Shown: positions 38,854 to 52,593 of the stretch, piece by piece | How positions within the stretch are numbered: position 1 is the first letter of the stretch | Layout of the letters: every line of letters begins with the position of its first letter | Assembly (NCBI GenBank): GCA_973895155.1 | Contig: OZ316894.1 | Span: 16,476,216 to 16,540,215 of the forward strand | Source: Marsupella aquatica | Taxonomy: Eukaryota; Plantae; Marchantiophyta | Direction of reading: 5' to 3' | DNA: 64,000 bases | The notes under the pieces: model-generated | What the model saw: the letters and a program-made list of their open reading frames with translations, nothing else | Told to the model about the DNA's origin: nothing | Database searches by the model: none | Position numbers and translations under genes: made by a program

Positions 38854-41800
38854 ATCCCATCACTGTTGATTTCACTTAGTTTGGTCAAATTAAATATTTC
38901 AATACTAGCTATGAAGGACATATAGATCCAAACATCTGGTACATATTAGAGTTAGGCATTAACGAACAGGGCAAAATGATGGATGGTCACTGTGGGTTAA
39001 GCCCAAAATTGAGTAATTGTAGATAGATTGATTGACTCATGACACTTTAGTTGGGGTCGTGGGGCAGTGCTGTGAACTCAAAGTTTTCTCATTCTGTTCC
39101 ACCGGCAAATAACAATGAAACATATCCCAAAGCCCTTCTGCCACTTTCCTCCCTTATTTGAATCTTGAGTAGCTCAACTGAGAGACAATGCTCAACTCAC
39201 CTTAGATCCACGCCTGAATACCAGCCAAGTCACCCCAATTTGATGACATTAGGGATAACTCTGGAAATAAAGTTCAATCATTCCAAAACGAAGAAGGCGT
39301 AGGGCATGGGGAGTTTAGAGTTACAAATAATAAAAACACTTCAAAAAAACTCAGTCCTGGCACTCCACATGAGCATGAGGCTGTCCTTTCAATCTCCTGC
39401 ACCCTGAAGCTACAATGCATGTGCAAGCTTTTTTGGAAATAACCATATGGATCACCAACAAAAGACATATATTGCACTGCCGAAAAACAATAAGGTGTCC
39501 AATGGGGAGACACTGTAAGCAGGAGACCCAAGAAAGGGGAGAAGACAATGGGAAGACCCATGAGGATCAAGAGCCAGAAAGCTCATGAGTCCTCACATAA
39601 TAAAATTAAAACCTAGAATCTTAGTTAGCAGCAGGCTGAAAAGTCTGGTAAAGCTCTCTGGTAAACACATAGAAAGGTCACAAATTAAAAAAAACTAACT
39701 AAAGACCCCTAAAACCAACATCCTCGCCCCTCTAAAGAACAGTGAATGTAGGAGCCCTCTATAATTCAGTAGACACTTGCTATTTGAAGAAGGCTGTGAG
39801 TAAAGTGGGCCTGGATAATGTCTCCCCTCTACACAAAAAATCCCAAGGCCTTCACAAAATGTTCAAAGATTGACTCTCCTCTACACAAAAAACCTGTACA
39901 AGAGTCCCTCAACAAATATTTAAGGCCTCCCCATTTGCACCAAAAATCCCATAGTCCCTTGGAAAATGTTCACAGATAGCGAGTAGACCCCAAAGACATC
40001 CAATGGAAGAACTCCAACGAAAATCTCACTAGTAAAGCGTGATCAAAACCTAGCTACTCCTCAGAGCTAATGTCTAGAGTGAAGAGTCCAGGCCGTGGCT
40101 CTAGGGGGATAACTGGAAGTGCAAACAGAAAACAATGTTGGGGGCAAAGATGAATGGAAAATAATAAGGATTTTTTCCCTACAAGATTGTGTGGTTGTTC
40201 CATTCCTACTTACGTTCAAGGAACTGATAATCAGACTACCTGTCTGCCCTCGAACACAACGCCATGGCCCTTTATTTGAACATTGAGCCATCGGGCGGTA
40301 TTCGAATGGTGTGCCTGGGGCATTGTATTTGAGTTTTGACTGTTTTCATTTTTTGTACTTCCAAGGAGTTGTGTTAAAAAATGTAAGTTGTGTTCAAATA
40401 TTGGCTTTGTGTTTGAATATTTGCACTGTCATATGATTCATTAATTTTGCTCCGCTTGTGCTCAATGTAATACAGTTTAGGGTCAAAACTCAAAGACAAT
40501 ATCCAAGTCCAACACAACATAACATTTGAATACACTCCCAAGCTTTGTGTTAAAATGTAGTTTTGTTCAAATTCAAATGTAGTTCTTGTCATAGGACTCA
40601 AAAATTCAAATGTCTTTGTTTGTTAGGGGACTCAAAAACTCAAATGTCTCAGGTGGGTGTAGTGGTGGGAGTCCTGGTTTCTCCTCAGCCTCCCTGACTG
40701 GTCCACTTTGGCGTCCTGGTTCAACCCTCTCTCCCTCCTGGTCTGGGTCCCTATTGGATCACTAGGTATTGTCCCCTTGTGGCTATCCTACATAAAATCA
40801 CATAAAATCACATGCTCGAGAGCAAGAAGTCTGCTCTCCTTTAGGATTTCAAGGCCAAAAAGAAAAAACTCAAGTGTCTTCCTTCACAAGGGACTCAAAA
40901 ACGTACATTTTCGAACCACATGTGTTGTGTTTTTGTACGGGACTCAAAAATTTCGATTTTCTAACGGGGGAAGCCGTAGTGTTGAAAAGTAGTGTGTGCA
41001 TCGCAAAGACATCCAAAGGAAAAACTGCAAAGGAAGAAGGAACAAGAGGTCCAAATGTAAAGAAAGGAAAGGAGGCCAAACCCCACCAAACCCCACCAAA
41101 CCCCAAACCGTGTGCGTGTGGATGGAACAGATACCATCCTCGTGGAAGTGTTTCGGTACAGATATCCTCGTGGAAGCGTTCGGCTCAGGGCGTCAGTCAA
41201 GAAAAGAAGACAACGATTGCGGATCGCGCAAGGGAAGTAGAGGGAAAACCCTCGGGAAGCCGTGGAGAGCGATTGATTGGAAATAGTATTCCCGGAAATC
41301 TGTTACAAGTGCTCGGTGAGTCTTCTCTGCCAACCCTGTCCGTTGCTCCCTTGCCTTCTTTTCTCGAGAGCGAATGTTGTTCTTGTCGAGACGTATCTGT
41401 GTGAGGATTTCCCGTGTCAGTGAGGGTCGTGTAAGATGTGTGAGATAATACAGAAGCACTTGCAGTGAGAAAATATCAAACACCATGTCCGTCCTGTCCA
41501 TTCTCCAGTACTGGTCCCATTTTCTGTGTCAGAATCCACGGAATTCGAACCTTTTTAAAGTTCAGTTTATCTTACAAGGGTGGCCTTTCGACTACCTTAT
41601 TAATAATTTTGGCATCGTTGGCATAGTTTATGTTGCTCAACAACCCAAATTCAAGGTCTCCTTGATGTATGATACACAAGAGTACTTCTGAAACTGGGGG
41701 ACATGGATTGCCTAAACTTCGAATTGGAAAGCGGAATTCCACTCCTTATCAATCTGGCTATACACCTCGCTGGGACGTCTACGTAATACTTGATTTGAGC

Positions 41801-42187
41801 CGAGCAGCCACTTTCGAAGAGTCCGCTTTCTTATTGAATTCTCACTGGTCCTGTGAACTTGTTGGAGGTTTACACCCTCTGTATGCTGAAGCTTTGGCCG
41901 AAAGCTAGACACAGCAAGGGACAGGATTCTTATTTGGGTCATTGAAAAACATGTCGCTAAGTTTTCTGAAAACCTTTGTTACGGAGACTGTACCAACAAT
42001 GCTGGATTAGAAGTTAAAACACGAAAAATCTGGGTTGATTTATCTGTCAGCTGCGTTCTTTGTGAAGAAAATAGCTTACATTAGCTCAACACCGCAGAAG
42101 ATTTGGACTTCATTGGTTGTCCTGCAACTCGATTTTCTGACCAGTGGTGGACTGGTCTAATTTTGCATAATTGTTTGCAGCCGATCG

Positions 42188-45100
42188 ATGGAGAGTCCTG
42201 CCATCGGTTTGCTTAGGATTGAAGGTTTCAGTAGACTCTGCGGCTGGGATTTGTGCCAGCAGCAAAATACTCCCGGGCGTTGTGGAGGAATTTTGATCCC
42301 AAGCAAATTTGCTGCTCCACGTGTCAGAGTGAATCTACGAAGAAGCAGTGGCCTCTGGAATGGCGAATGGGTCGAGAAAAAGTCTTATGTGGACAATTGT
42401 TATTTTGGAAGAGGGTCTAGAAAACCTGAACGGGCGGCGCGTCCAGTAAAATCTGAGCTCTCCGATACCCGGCCGGGGAGTGATACAACCAGTATCGCCG
42501 TTTTAATGGAAGTCGAAGGGTATGTATGGCTCTCGCTCCACGTTCTGTAGTCGGTAAAATCTTCGTATTATCTTGTGCACACTCACCTATGCCTGTGAGG
42601 GCTTTTCCTGGATGTTATGAAATGGTTATTTGATGTGAATTCCTTCCAGAGAAAAATCTTTCAAAGCTGTTCACCCCTATATGACGTTACTCTACAGTAG
42701 GCAGGTTCCGTTTGATTTGTTACCCGTCTCACCACCTGTAACAGGGAAAAGAAATATGTCTCTTGTTATGAGGCACCAATCTAGAAATGAAACTACTTGT
42801 GCTCCTTATGATTTGAGCTGTTCCGTTGTGTAGTCAAGCCGGCCTTGCACCTCTCCCTAGTGTTAGTCAGAGCTGTGTATACATATGAAAGTTCACACAC
42901 AAGCATTGATCTTCTTTGCAGGGTGCTAGCTGACGTACATCGGTACGGCCATCGGCAAGCGTTCAATTTAGGTGAGTTAGCTTACCATAGTTGCATAAAG
43001 GGCATGCCCACTCTCGTTCACGTTCACCGCTCTGTTGGATGCTAATTGTACCAGGTGTTCATGTTGATTGTTGGAGGGTTTCTTGCACGTCGCAGCTTTT
43101 CAGGAACTGGGATTGGATTGTGCGCAATGGACTGAGGCTATATTTGCCGACCTGATGAGGTTCTATTCCTTAAAGAATTCTTGCCGTTCGAGATCTGAAG
43201 TTTTTACCAAAGTTTTCCTGTGAGTGGGAGTATCGAGCCGAACAAATTGCCCCAAAATCTAATGAGGCTGACCTTACAGGTCTGCAGGTGGTGTAGAAGA
43301 GAAAATGTTATCATCATTTTTCACACGAGTATGTTCTTTGTCTGCATGATGGCCTCTTGATTTCCTTTCAACGTCCGTAATTCAGAATCTTGTCTTAAAA
43401 CATCGACGTGTTTCTTACAAACAAAATCAGCGAGTCTGTCACTTATTGTGAAAGCCACAGGTCTGTGTATAGCACAGATAAGTGAATTAGTAGTGAAATC
43501 TCTGTACCTTGTAACAACTCTGGAAACACTTTCCAATTCTTGGCACTTGAGAAATTGGTTAGTGAATGCCGGGTATCTATTTCATTTTCCATCTCCCAAA
43601 CATTGATATCGAAAATAGATCGAACTAATTGAGCATGTAGAGGCCATTGTCCCAGGATTTGCTCCGGTCAGAGGAAGCTTGGCAATCCTTTTTCAATTTT
43701 AGTTCCTCCCTATATGGCACTTTGGTCTTTAAGCAGAATAGCCTGAAGTGCAGACATGTTTGGCTGAAATGGGTTGTCCCATTTGAGGACAGTTTTGACC
43801 CCCTGTCCTCTGGTGGTGGGGGTCTTTATTATTGAAAGGCATCCAACTTGGTTATCTTTGCTTGGTTTCTTGCTGGGTCTCTTCAACTTAAAATACATAA
43901 TTCCTGGAGAATTGATGTGGGAATGAAGTCGGTCGGATTGAATTCTTTGCTCGGTACTCACCTATATCAGTTGTGTACAGATTGGTTGGCCGACTACACT
44001 TCCCACCAATGAGCAAGAGGCTTTTGTTAAAAAAGTCTTGCAAGTGAAGGTGAGGTCGCGAAGCTGACCCGTTCGTTTATGGCTCGGTATTGAGTTGCAC
44101 GTTGTACAAGGCTTAGTACATGTGTATGTGATCTTCGATAAACACCCGATATGGTTAATATTCATTGTCATATTATCGTTTATTTATCATTCTTTCTGTT
44201 GGGTTGTTTGTTGTTTGTTTGCTTTGGTTGAGGGTGGCAATTGGTTTGTATATAATGTTTGATATTCGGTGTAGCCCCTTTGGTATGGTCATTAGGGACC
44301 TGATCTGTTTTTTTGTGCATGACTCCGTCTAGTAGTCACGGGCTTTGGAGAAATTGGCTGGATCAAAGAGTATTCCTCTCAGGCCAGGCGTTGATAAGTA
44401 AGTTACAATTTACCGTTTCCACAAATGCTTCAGTCCTTCTACCGACTTATACCTTTATAAAAAACTACGATCAGTCAGAGTGGAGGATACTTTCTGGTTG
44501 CTGTTGTTGTTCATGAGTATGGTACAACCCATGAAAGAGAATTATTGAGTTGAATACCTTTCTGCAGGTTCGTGGATGAAGTACTAGATGCCGAAGTTCC
44601 ACTGATTGTGTTAGCAGCATACTACAAGGGCGGAGAGCAGCTTGCCAGGTTGGTTTCCAGGAATTGCATGGTGTCTTCTCATTTCGATGGGATTCTTGGG
44701 ATTTTTTGGACTTCTGTGAACATCCTGTCCTGTTTTCTAATCGATCCTGTAGACTACTTTGTAGCCGCATTATGCCTTTAAGGAAAGGAAAGGGTTGCAG
44801 GGTCGTATAGTGTGCCTCAATGGAAATGCTGAACCAAGTTACAAAGGATGTTAAACTAGCATACTGAAGCAAGAAACTTACCCATGAAATATATGTGCTT
44901 TAAGCACTGTCTGAAACACAATTGTCATATCCGGATACGATCGAGTGTCTGAGGGCAGCGATAAGTACCAGTTCAGTCCTCTTTGATTTGATCGATTAAT
45001 TCCTCCAGTTAGAAGAGTCTTTGTGATGATCTGCCCAGTTTTTGTCTAGGAAGTTTTAACCAAAGGAGTAAACAGTAATTAGAAGGGGCTCTTATGCCAA

Positions 45101-46777
45101 AGAGCAATTCTGCGGAGTCATGGAGAGTCTTCTCATTTTGGAGGCAAGGGATTTATCCTGATTAGCAATTTACAATCTTGCAGGTTATTGGTAGATAACC
45201 TAGGAAGAGAACGCTCGAGGAAAATAAAGTTCGTTGGAAATGCTGATGTGGAGAACAGCTCATATGCTCAGCTTGTATTTGGCGAAGGAGCTTCCTCAAG
45301 TCTTGATGAGCAACTGGCTGTCGCTGCTTCCAGGGCTGGTGATAATTTCAGCCTCTATTCCCTAGGTTGTGTTCCTCAGATATTGAAGATGGCAAGTACA
45401 GGAAGAACCAGCTAGTGAAGTGAAATTCTCCAGGATATCTTATTGTGTATCAGTTGTATTTCCCAAAACAGTTGCAGCGGAAAAGCAGAAAATCGCAGAA
45501 GAGGTGGCATCATTGTTAAAGCTTTCTGTTGAGATCGACACGAGTTTCACTCAAGTGTATGCCCCTGTCCTTCTGTTGCTTTCGTTTTTATTTTATTTTA
45601 TCATATGTGGCCAACATTGTTTTTACAATTTGATGCAAAATTCCGTGCATGCTGCGTTGTTATGGTGTTATCCTACTATACCATAGAGGACAAGATGATG
45701 TCCTGTGTATTGTAACTCGGTAGTGAATTTGTTCAGGAGATGCCATGAAGAAATGGATCTTTTGTAGGTCTACGTTCAGGGACCGTGAATCCTATCCGAA
45801 AGCTAACATTGCTTATTTCTCAGGAAAGGAATAGGGAACTTTGAAATGGTCAAATTTTGCTGTGGTTTAGAACAGGGTAATTTCTTGTGGATAGAACAGG
45901 GGAGTGATTTGGAATGTAAAAATGGGATGTATTAGAGGATTCGAAGGAGCCCCCCGCACATATATCTTGTGGGGTGGCATTTGGGTCGTATGGGTGATGT
46001 ATGTTGGGCTGGGTTGGTGCGACGCACGGGGCAAGGGGATAACATCGTGAGTCAAGCATTTTTTTTTTACGTGTGGGTTGCACATGGGTTGTTACTCATA
46101 GTAAGTTATTTTGGGTAGTGCTGGGTGTAAAGGTTAAATAGAATATCTGTACTGTATAGACACTTCGTAACAATTGTTGGTGGGCTTGGGAATTGTACTT
46201 ACCATCTCCATCCAACTGGCGGAAGAAGCTGTGTTCTGGGTGGTAATGCTCTTCGAGTCCTTACGTGGAACAGACTACGTACTGCGGAATGTTTTAACAG
46301 AGTTCCTGGAAAGACTTTCTAAGGATATTGTTGTCTGACGTTGGGCAAGTCTCGTGGCAGATCAAAGAAATCCATAGCTACACTTCGAGCAGGAGCAGAA
46401 ATTGCGGCCATGGATGTTGATCGCTGCGTCCTCCTGGCTTCTGGGCTGTCTGGATCACAAGCTGCCAGTCAAATTGGCATGCCGTGTGTTGTTGTACGAA
46501 GCAGGTGATGTTATTGGATTGCTGTTTGGAATTGTTTTAGAAGATTTTTTCGTTCCTATGTGGGAAGGTGCCCGGCTGCTGTCGATTCTGCTGTCGACTT
46601 CTAGAGAACGTGTTTCTTTAGTTCAGGTTGTGTCTAAGACTGGTTGACAATCTCCTATTGACGTATATGTGTCCTTGCAGCTTAACAGCAAGAGCAGAGT
46701 TTCCAGCAGCCAAAGCTGCCCTTGACGGCTATGGGCCCGGTTCCACTACTTTGCCAAGGTTGTTAAAGTTTCTTTAA
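42188..46777 (+). CDS. CbbY-like HAD-superfamily protein (At5g45170-like), likely with an organellar transit peptide
   Basis: Exons 42188-42519, 42922-42971, 43096-43159, 43280-43328, 43981-44049, 44336-44397, 44568-44648, 45184-45338, 45472-45556, 46361-46504 and 46681-46777 are in frame. Motifs: AVLMEVEGVL, RQAFNLAFQELGLDCAQW, IGWPTTLPTNE, PLRPGV, LDEQL, AEKQKIAEEVASLLKLSV, LRAGAE, IGMPCVVVRSSLTARAEFP. An acceptor (ttgcag at 42180) just before the ATG suggests a 5'UTR intron. Confidence 0.92.
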
Positions 46778-49406
46778 ATTCTCGACTCGAAGCTGAACCT
46801 TGGTGTGCTTGATCTCTATTGAAGATAGGTAGAGGATGAGATAGAAATGTTTTGTCGTGAGCATACGTTTGGTGCCGGCAATGTGATTCTTGCTCATTTA
46901 GATCTGTGGCCTTGGCCCACACTCAAGTGCCCCGATAGATTGCTGAAAGAAGCTCCATGCAGGGCTCTATTTGTCCTGTGATTCATCGAACATTGAACCC
47001 AGTGTTTCAGGTCAACTAGAATATTGGTTTCTCGATTGGTTTCTTGCAGTTACAGCGGGTACCAGCGTCCTCAATATTATTAGCCCGAAGAATCTGGCTT
47101 CACATATGTTTCAGACGAATCATTAGCCTTAACAAATCCGATAATCTAAGAGTGGTTCCTACATCAGAAATTTAAAAATGCCCGTGCAATGGTCAAGACG
47201 TACCCCTCTTTAGATATTTAAGGTCTTTGCTACATAAATGTGGTCCTTGTGAATAGATAAGAATAGATAGCTTGGTCATCTGACCGTCAAACAAAACTTG
47301 GTCATTATGAATGGATATGAACAGATATCCTGGTCATCTGACCGTCAAACAAGATCTCCCACGGCAACGATTTTCTCTGCATTTTGACTTTCATTCGTCA
47401 GCTTAGAGCTCTGAAAGTCTTCTTTAAACGGGTATCGCGAGCTGCTTTCAGTTTGCATGGTGGTCCTGGTAAATGGTAGCACAATTATTAGCCCGGTTCA
47501 CGTACAATCTAAAGAGGGCACTGCATAAGATTGCACTGAAGGTATGTGGATATGTAGATAGCGTCAGGGAATGAGCCGAGACTCGAGATGGCTGTGTACT
47601 TGGTCCATTCCATAGAAAAAGAGGCCTATCATATCTAAATGCAAGCAGGCGACAGAATGATGCAGAGGTGCGGTTGAGTTCAAAATAGGAATCAAGAAAC
47701 AGTGGGTCTGAGCTGAGAGGACGTTGGTAAAAAGACAGGATCCCTCAAATAAAGGGAAAATGTTATCATCAGTCTACATTTGCTTCGTTTAACACAAAGG
47801 ATGACACACTGCAAGTTGTCTCTAAAATTTCTAGTGCAACTGAGGCCACACCTGATTAGCGGCATGCACACATGCATTTTTTGCGTTTTAAAGACCCATT
47901 GAACAATGGCACTCTCCAGATGGTGAGTGTTTACATGGAGGCGAGAAGGTCCTTCTTCAGGGTAAGATACAATCATCTACTACCATGGAAATTCTAATTC
48001 CCCAAGACTTGTCAGAGGACTCCCACAGACGGGAGAAGAACTTTCTTTATTTTGAAGAATAGTGATACAATTGAAGCTCTTCCAATGAGGCAAAGAATTC
48101 ATTTGCTGCACCCGTGAGATGGCGCTCAGCTCACAATAACATTCGATGAAAGATTGTCTGATAATATATGTGCTTAACAGAAAAAATGTCCTGAAATGTC
48201 TATAAACGACGATGTGAGCAGGGTGTCTTGGACTTTGTTTTCATACCAGTAGAGCTTTCCCAGACACACAGTTGTGTCCCTCAGTGTACGCTAGTTGTGT
48301 CTCACCAGCTGTCTCCAGCTAGAAGTAGAGGTTCCATTGCAGGAATTTGAAGGTCGTGACTTTGTTGATTGCCTTAAGGTCCATTGATGAATCCACTAGC
48401 CTACAACCTAGCCTACTCGTGCTTTTTGTCTTCCCATCACTTCCACAATTATTATCCGTTGTTGTTGAGGGTCTGCTATATTCATAACTTGACTCGTGCT
48501 GTGTATGAGTCCTGAGTGCGGAATCAATCATGAAGTTCATTCTGCACCGTCCTTCCTGCTCGAGGACTTTTCATATCCACACATGTAGAAGTTTTCTGGA
48601 TGGCACAAGAGTCAGACTTCAATGATAAGCTAGAAATGCAATCGATTAGAGAGGCCAATTTCTTGACTATTAATTGAAACATGAATAGTCTAGAGTGGTT
48701 TCTATACTAGGCAAGACTTCCAATGGTAGCAGTCATGTGCTTTGATCTGGATGGCAGAGAGGTTCCAATCTGGTTTATAGCTGGCAGTTGTGTTCCCCTG
48801 ACAAATTCCATCTGCAACTATATATGTCCCAGGTTAGTTCATATATTGTGGCCACACATCATGACACAGAAACTGAAGTGGATTTCAATCCCATACTGTA
48901 CATACCTATTGCGAGGATGAGAGGGGCACTTCAAGCTGTCTTTGTACTGGTAGCCACGAACACGGATATATATTAAAATTTATCACGCAACACTTCCGAG
49001 TAACCATGGTGTGGTAGAGAGCGATTTCTCCTGATTTAAACTTCAGCTAAGATCTAGGTTCCATGCACAGGGGGCAGGCGGTACGAGCCCTCCCCTTCCC
49101 ACCCCTTGGTGCCTGTGTATAGTATATTCAACAGGCATACAATGTACCTGGGCAGCATAAATGATGGGAGTTGTCACCAAAAAATTGAGGGTGGACAATC
49201 ATGATTGCCCATCATAGAGAGGAGGAGGGGGGGGGCGGGGGGGGGGGCAGGAGTGGCCCCTAAGGAGAAATTCATACTCCTTGCCTCTGTATTTACATAC
49301 CCTTCGCCCCTGCAATCAATTCTACTCACCCATTGACTCCAATATTCTTGGAGAATTTTTGTACTCCACACATTCCAGTCATGGAAGTCCTAAGTGACCA
49401 TTGAGG

Positions 49407-52329
49407 TTAGTATGGAGAACTCTGAGCAACCCGTCGCTTAGTCTTGGCTTTTGCAGGAACCTCCGATATCCCTAAGGCATCCTCCATGTTGCCTATTGGT
49501 TTCTTTGCCTTGGCTTTTACACGCTCAGATATCCCTAAGGCATCCTCCATGTTGCCTTGCCTCATAGATATGTATCTCACTTCTTTTAGAAGAGTGTCTA
49601 ACATCTGGTTGTTGATAACTTTGTAGTCCCTACCAAGAATAATACCCTAAGTCAGCCCAGATTACAAATTTCTTTGCTCTAGTCTTGAAACATGCTTCCA
49701 CATATACTTCAAACTGAGATTTACTAGCTTGCCAATTCTTCTTGTCCAAATACATACTCTGCCAATCTTTTTAGTTTAATGAACACTTTGACATCTTTTC
49801 TCATCAGGGTTAATCATAATATGTGGTATCTCAAAAAAATCCAACAGTGGCCAAATTTATATCTGATGGGTGACCGAGATGGCTGAAGCCCCCCTCGATC
49901 TTAACTTGCACCCCTTCTCAGCCTCCAACTTGGAGATGAGTCTCTTGTTGTCACTAATTAAAGGTGACTATGAGGAGGACAGGATGACCACAAGAGCCTC
50001 GCCCCCAAGCTGGAGGGCAGTAACAGTGGGATGGACTAACCAGGGTTGAGGGTAGTTTCAACCATTTGATTCATAAAAGGTGCAAGTATATTGCCCTCAC
50101 ATCACTATAAACCTAGGTTTATTTTATCTAACCCAGAGTGAAGAAAGATAAAAAAAAGTACTAGTTAAACTAAGAATAATGGCAATTTAAGTATGTATTT
50201 GGACAAAAATATGACAACCTAGTAAATCTCAGATCCTCAAAACGGTAATGTAGGCATCAATACAAAATTGAGCTTGAAACCCAGTCAAAGCACATATTTG
50301 ATAAATGGTAAAGCGTCAACCACACAGTTCATAAACAGAAGGAACTTTAAGGGCTTTTGGGATTTGCACTAAAATACTGAATCATGTCAGCTATTGAACC
50401 CCATGCACATTGCAATGACAAGTTGACAGCTCAAGCTCAACATCTGCAATTTAGTGCCTATACAAACATTTTAACTATGAACATGTTTTGTGAAACAAAA
50501 GGCCATGGAGAAATTTCAGTGTAGTACTTGTCTTGCTACGTACTTTACCTTTTGTCATTGTGACTTATGCTTAAATCATTCAAGCACTTTGCAACACTTC
50601 TCAAAGCAATGACAAATGTCTTTTCCTCATATCTAAGAGTTCCTGAGTGAATTATCGTGGTTCTGGAAATGAGATAGGTAGGCATCCTAGTTTGAAGTAA
50701 GATAGAGTTTTAAGGTTGATATGTACTTGTAACTCAAGAAGGAGTATAGGAGGAAAACCAATGCCAAAGCAGAGGCTGTATATCGCAGCAAGCCAACGTT
50801 ACTTGGCAACCAAGTGTCACTCTCTTTACTTGACACATCCTCCATTCCATAGTGAACCATATAAATCTCGCCTACTAAAGTGCCAAACAATCCTGATTCA
50901 ATGGACAACACTAGCCATCAATTAGCAGTAGTCCTAACAAAATATTAACCCACCTCCTTGCTGGTGGGCACAAAAAAGTCTCTCATGCAAAGCAACTGTC
51001 TTGGCTGGAAAGGATACTGGAAAGGATGTTTGCATAGTGGTTATAGCTTTTAATTATGTGAAGAGATGAGCAAGCTTCCAATGGTTATTTTTATAACAAT
51101 TCAGTATCCAACACACCAATATAGAGGCTAAGGCGTGCACTTCGGGTCTTCTTTGTGGTAGTGGCAATATAAATTGCCGCAGATGCCCCAACATAAAATC
51201 CAGCACTACGCAATATACGGGACTCAAACACCCAACCCTTTTGAATAGCCATCAACGCCTCAAGCACTTCCATAATAAGCTTGTTGACCTGGGATTGCTT
51301 TGACAAGATTGTCTCCTGATTCAAGAACCAACATAAGATACAAAGAGCCAATTTGGCCAAGTTAAGATTCATTGTGTTAAAACACTTAATAGTGAAAACC
51401 AAACAATGATGATCATGTGCTAGTTGGTTTCCCTATACCATAATTATATTGCCAGGTTTGGAAGGTTGTAGACCAGAAAGGTGGTTTGACCATACGCCAA
51501 TTCGTATAGCCTTTTGGTTGGGCAAAAAATTGGTTTTCTCTTGCATTGTTACAACATGAGCCTGATGTCCATGCTGATGCACAGGTAAAGGTTATCAGTG
51601 CCCCAACAGGTTACACCCTCACCCCCCCAAGCTATGCCCCCTCTACAATACAAGGTTTTGTGATCAATACTGTAGATCTGGGAGACACTTGTAGCCTAGG
51701 ATTTTCATGTTATCTGTGCATTCCTCAGTGCATAGGCTATCATTCTGGGCAATCCTATCGATCAGTCATACTCATCCATCACACAGCATGGCTGGTTTCT
51801 TGCCTGGTTCTTGCTCACCTTGAACTCCAAATGGCATGCCCTATAATGTATTTCCTTCATCAGATATCAATGCACTACAAAACTTATGTAAGATTCAACA
51901 CTCATGAAATCATGGGTGCTTTTCGGGGTGCTTTACTAGGCATCTAGTTGCAACATCTCCTATTTGATGGGAGAGTTGAATCGTATACATACCAGTCCAT
52001 AGACACTATGACTCAAACTGATTATGTACTCCTTTCCAATATACCAGACTTTCAAGTGACTGTGACGGGTGTCAGGGTTCTTGATTTGTCCAAAATTTGC
52101 CCATGGATTCTTAGTATGATCAAATGAACAATACTTTTGGGTGGGGTAAATTTTAAGTGGTGCGAGGGCACTAATGTGAATGTCCTCCACTTTTGAGTTT
52201 CAACCTTACAAGCACCTATGCTACCAGTGAGACCATCTTGCCTGGTGGTTCATTGAGTAGCAAGGATAGAGCGCTGAACTTAAACACAATCTATTCGCAC
52301 CAAGCAGGCGCGGATTTCCAAACTCTTTT

Positions 52330-52365
<36 letters not shown>

Positions 52366-52537
52366 TGCCTCATGGATAAAGTTGGGTTTCCCCAATGACA
52401 CCTCCCAACATCTCCTGATTGGGCACCTTTTGAGGTTTGGCAGTTTGGTGTATACCCTGATGTGATGGGAGTGCTGAATCCTAATTGTACTATATGTACT
52501 CATCCAATCTACAAACTTTGCATCCTGTATGAGATTT

Positions 52538-52593
<56 letters not shown>

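Noticed and set aside
40874-41404. 176-aa ORF upstream of the HAD gene
   Set aside because: It has a GTG start, overlaps short gggactcaaaa repeats and probable 5'UTR exons, and shows no protein motifs.
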